Positions 61,701 through 64,000 of a stretch of 64,000 bases of DNA are shown piece by piece. Made by a program: the position numbers and the translations under genes. The stretch's first letter is position 1, and the number at the start of each line of letters is the position of its first letter. Origin of the DNA: Octopus sinensis (Eukaryota); the NCBI RefSeq assembly GCF_006345805.1, contig NC_042997.1, positions 144,708,001-144,772,000 on the forward strand, read 5' to 3'. The notes below the pieces were generated by a model, which had not been told where the DNA came from, made no database searches, and worked only from the letters and a program-made list of their open reading frames with translations.

Positions 61701-63419
61701 GTGTTGTATTTATTTGTTTCGTTCATTGAAAAGACACCTTGAAGGATTTAGTACCGGTTGACATACGTGAACTCGTATTTCCATCGAAACTCAGAACATG
61801 AGCTCTACTGCGAATGATGACTACGGCTTCGGTGTCCGCGCAATCCGACGCGCTTGCTCGTCATCACAGCATCGACTGCGGCCGACCGTTGGATGTGGTC
61901 AGCGTTTCGTGAGGAACGTGGTGAATTCGGTGGTCGGAGCCGGTTCGACCCACCCCCGGGTGAATGCCGCCGCAAGTACAAGTAACCAAGAAAGTACACT
62001 GGGGCAAGGTACCATGAAGTAGGTGGGCTCGAACCTGGGACTTCGTGATTGGGATGCGAGGTCCTTAATTATTCAACCAGGCTTGCTCTATATACTGCGC
62101 ATGTAGACAAGAACTAGAACGATTTGTAAAAAAAAATAATAAAATAAAACACCTTTCTTAGAGAGGATAGTATGCTCCACCCACTAGCGTAGTTGGGGGG
62201 GGGGCGATAGGGGCAGTCCGCCCCGGGCGGCACTTTTGTGTCTGCTGTAGACAATATGTGTTTTTTGTGAGGTCCAGGGGCGGCAAACGGAAGGACGCTA
62301 GTGGCTCCACTCCTCGAAATCGTAGGTCTATGCCAATTGGTCTAGCTGCTGGCTTCTGCTCTAACCTGAGTATTATTCAAACCATGGGTTGGCATAGCAA
62401 GATTGTGTGTTCTACCCGAAGAAGCCCTTTAGCTTGTTCCTACCCACAAGATGTTATATACAGGCTTATACAGAAGCAGGCCCAAAAGTGCCGCATCCAT
62501 AAAAATCGTCATCTGAGGTAGACCTCCCCCTTCACCCCTGTCTCCTCCAGCTATGTTACTGGTTCAAACACGCAATTGAACTCTACTGATATGCAGTCTG
62601 TTCACTTAACAGTTCAGCAAAAGACACCGATTAAGTAAGTGCCAGATTTAAAACCCTTCAAGGTTATGCTCCAGTATGGCCGTAGTTCAATGAATGAAAC
62701 AATAATAAAATGAACTAATACAAATATGGGAGTTATTCTGGTTGTTATTTAGCCCCATTCAGCCCTAATGAAGCAGACCTATGATCAGAGATGATCCAGC
62801 TGTGCCGATCCCGTATTTTTCCTATGTACAGGGTACCCAAAATCACATTCGCTAATGTGTCTTTTAGTAAGACAGTAATGTTTGATTTGAGAAATGTTGG
62901 GGTACCATTTCTAGCAGGTTGTGGGAGGCGACGTAACAGATCGACCGGCTAAAAGTAGCAACCGAATCTCATTTAAATCACACATTAGTATTTGAAAGAG
63001 GGTACGATACAGTGGAAAATGTCGTTTGGGGAAAACGTGATGGCCACAGCTAGAATACTTTTCATCGGGGACTTGCTTGATCATAGCTGACCTAATTACA
63101 AAATGCACGGAGGGTTAATGAGGTAGTCACTAGCTGGTCGCTCGAATAGCAAGAAATAACAACCAAAACACAGTCAGCTGTTTAAGAAAAGGAAGTAGCA
63201 CACATAAATTAATTTAGTCCTACACATTACTAAAAAGACGGGATTGTCGCGACAAGAATGTCATTTATTATAGGTCAGATGAGCTGAGGTTAACAATTAG
63301 ATATGAAAAGAGACTTTATAGGTGTTAACAACAGGGTGTGTTCAGATTTTCATAAAGTACAATATTTTACGAGTTTGTACTGTTGTATAACTCCACGTCA
63401 AGGCAATTCATCACTCTAA

Positions 63420-63443
63420 ATAATAATAACAACAACAATAATA

Positions 63444-63486
<43 letters not shown>
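63420..63486. repeat. (AAT)n microsatellite (tail of - strand SINE B at 63487-63690)
   Basis: Direct reading; adjacent family B core gaaaggtaaagtcgacctcgacggaatttg. Confidence 0.9.
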
Positions 63487-64000
63487 GTGGTTTCAAATTT
63501 TGCCACAAGGGGCAAAAATTTTGGAGGACGGTATGAATCGATTACATCGACCCCAATGTTTAACTGGTACTTATTTTCTTTTCTCTTCTAGGCACAAGGC
63601 CCGAAATTTTGGGGGAGGGGGCCCAAAAGGATGAAAGGTAAAGTCGACCTCGACGGAATTTGAAATCAGAACGTACCAATGGGCGAAAGGATCTAGTTTT
63701 TTTCATGCTTTGAAGATATGATGTTATGGAGAAAAAAGTTAAGAGAAAAAGTTACAGAGGTTTAAAAATCGAAAAAAAAAAAAATACTTGCTATTTTTAG
63801 CCAATAGCGAGATAGAAATTTTCTGCGTTTAGCGGAGCTGTGTCAACTTTAAGGTTGTACCCTGTGGGTTTTATAGTTTAGCGTTTGACCTGTTCATTGT
63901 ATGTTTCTAAATGATCCGGTGGTGATGCTAGGCTTTGTATTTTTTTTTTCATAGCTCCCATGGTTACCGAGATAATCTACTATAATAATACTCTTGTGTT

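Overview
Eukaryotic, AT-rich, repeat-dominated DNA. No intact host protein-coding gene, rRNA, true tRNA gene or CRISPR array can be supported. The repeat repertoire (several tRNA-headed SINE families, one with an internal (TA)n/(TG)n tract, plus very long di- and tetranucleotide microsatellites) looks like a cephalopod, probably Octopus; this is an inference from pattern recognition, not a search. Recognisable elements: a full-length dead mariner (22602-23867); a Buster/Charlie-type hAT transposase relic cut by three piggyBac-type MITEs, one carrying a further TA-flanked MITE (12.5-14.2 kb); an internally deleted piggyBac (8.2-8.7 kb); non-autonomous Helitrons; Merlin-like, hAT-like and Tc1/mariner-like MITEs; RTE LINE ends; dozens of SINEs; and several Penelope-like element (PLE) fragments. 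Best leads: (1) a PLE whose pseudo-LTR has a tRNA-like Pol III promoter followed by a minimal hammerhead ribozyme, a unit that also occurs alone as a SINE-like copy at 58.5 kb; (2) further PLE-like families with variant hammerhead cores; (3) a switch in CpG decay near 31 kb that suggests a methylated gene body on the left and a promoter near 31.7-33.2 kb; (4) a 9-copy 89-bp array amplified from a SINE head. Almost all ORFs in the supplied track are microsatellite or SINE artefacts. Coordinates were read by eye, so boundaries of decayed elements are approximate.
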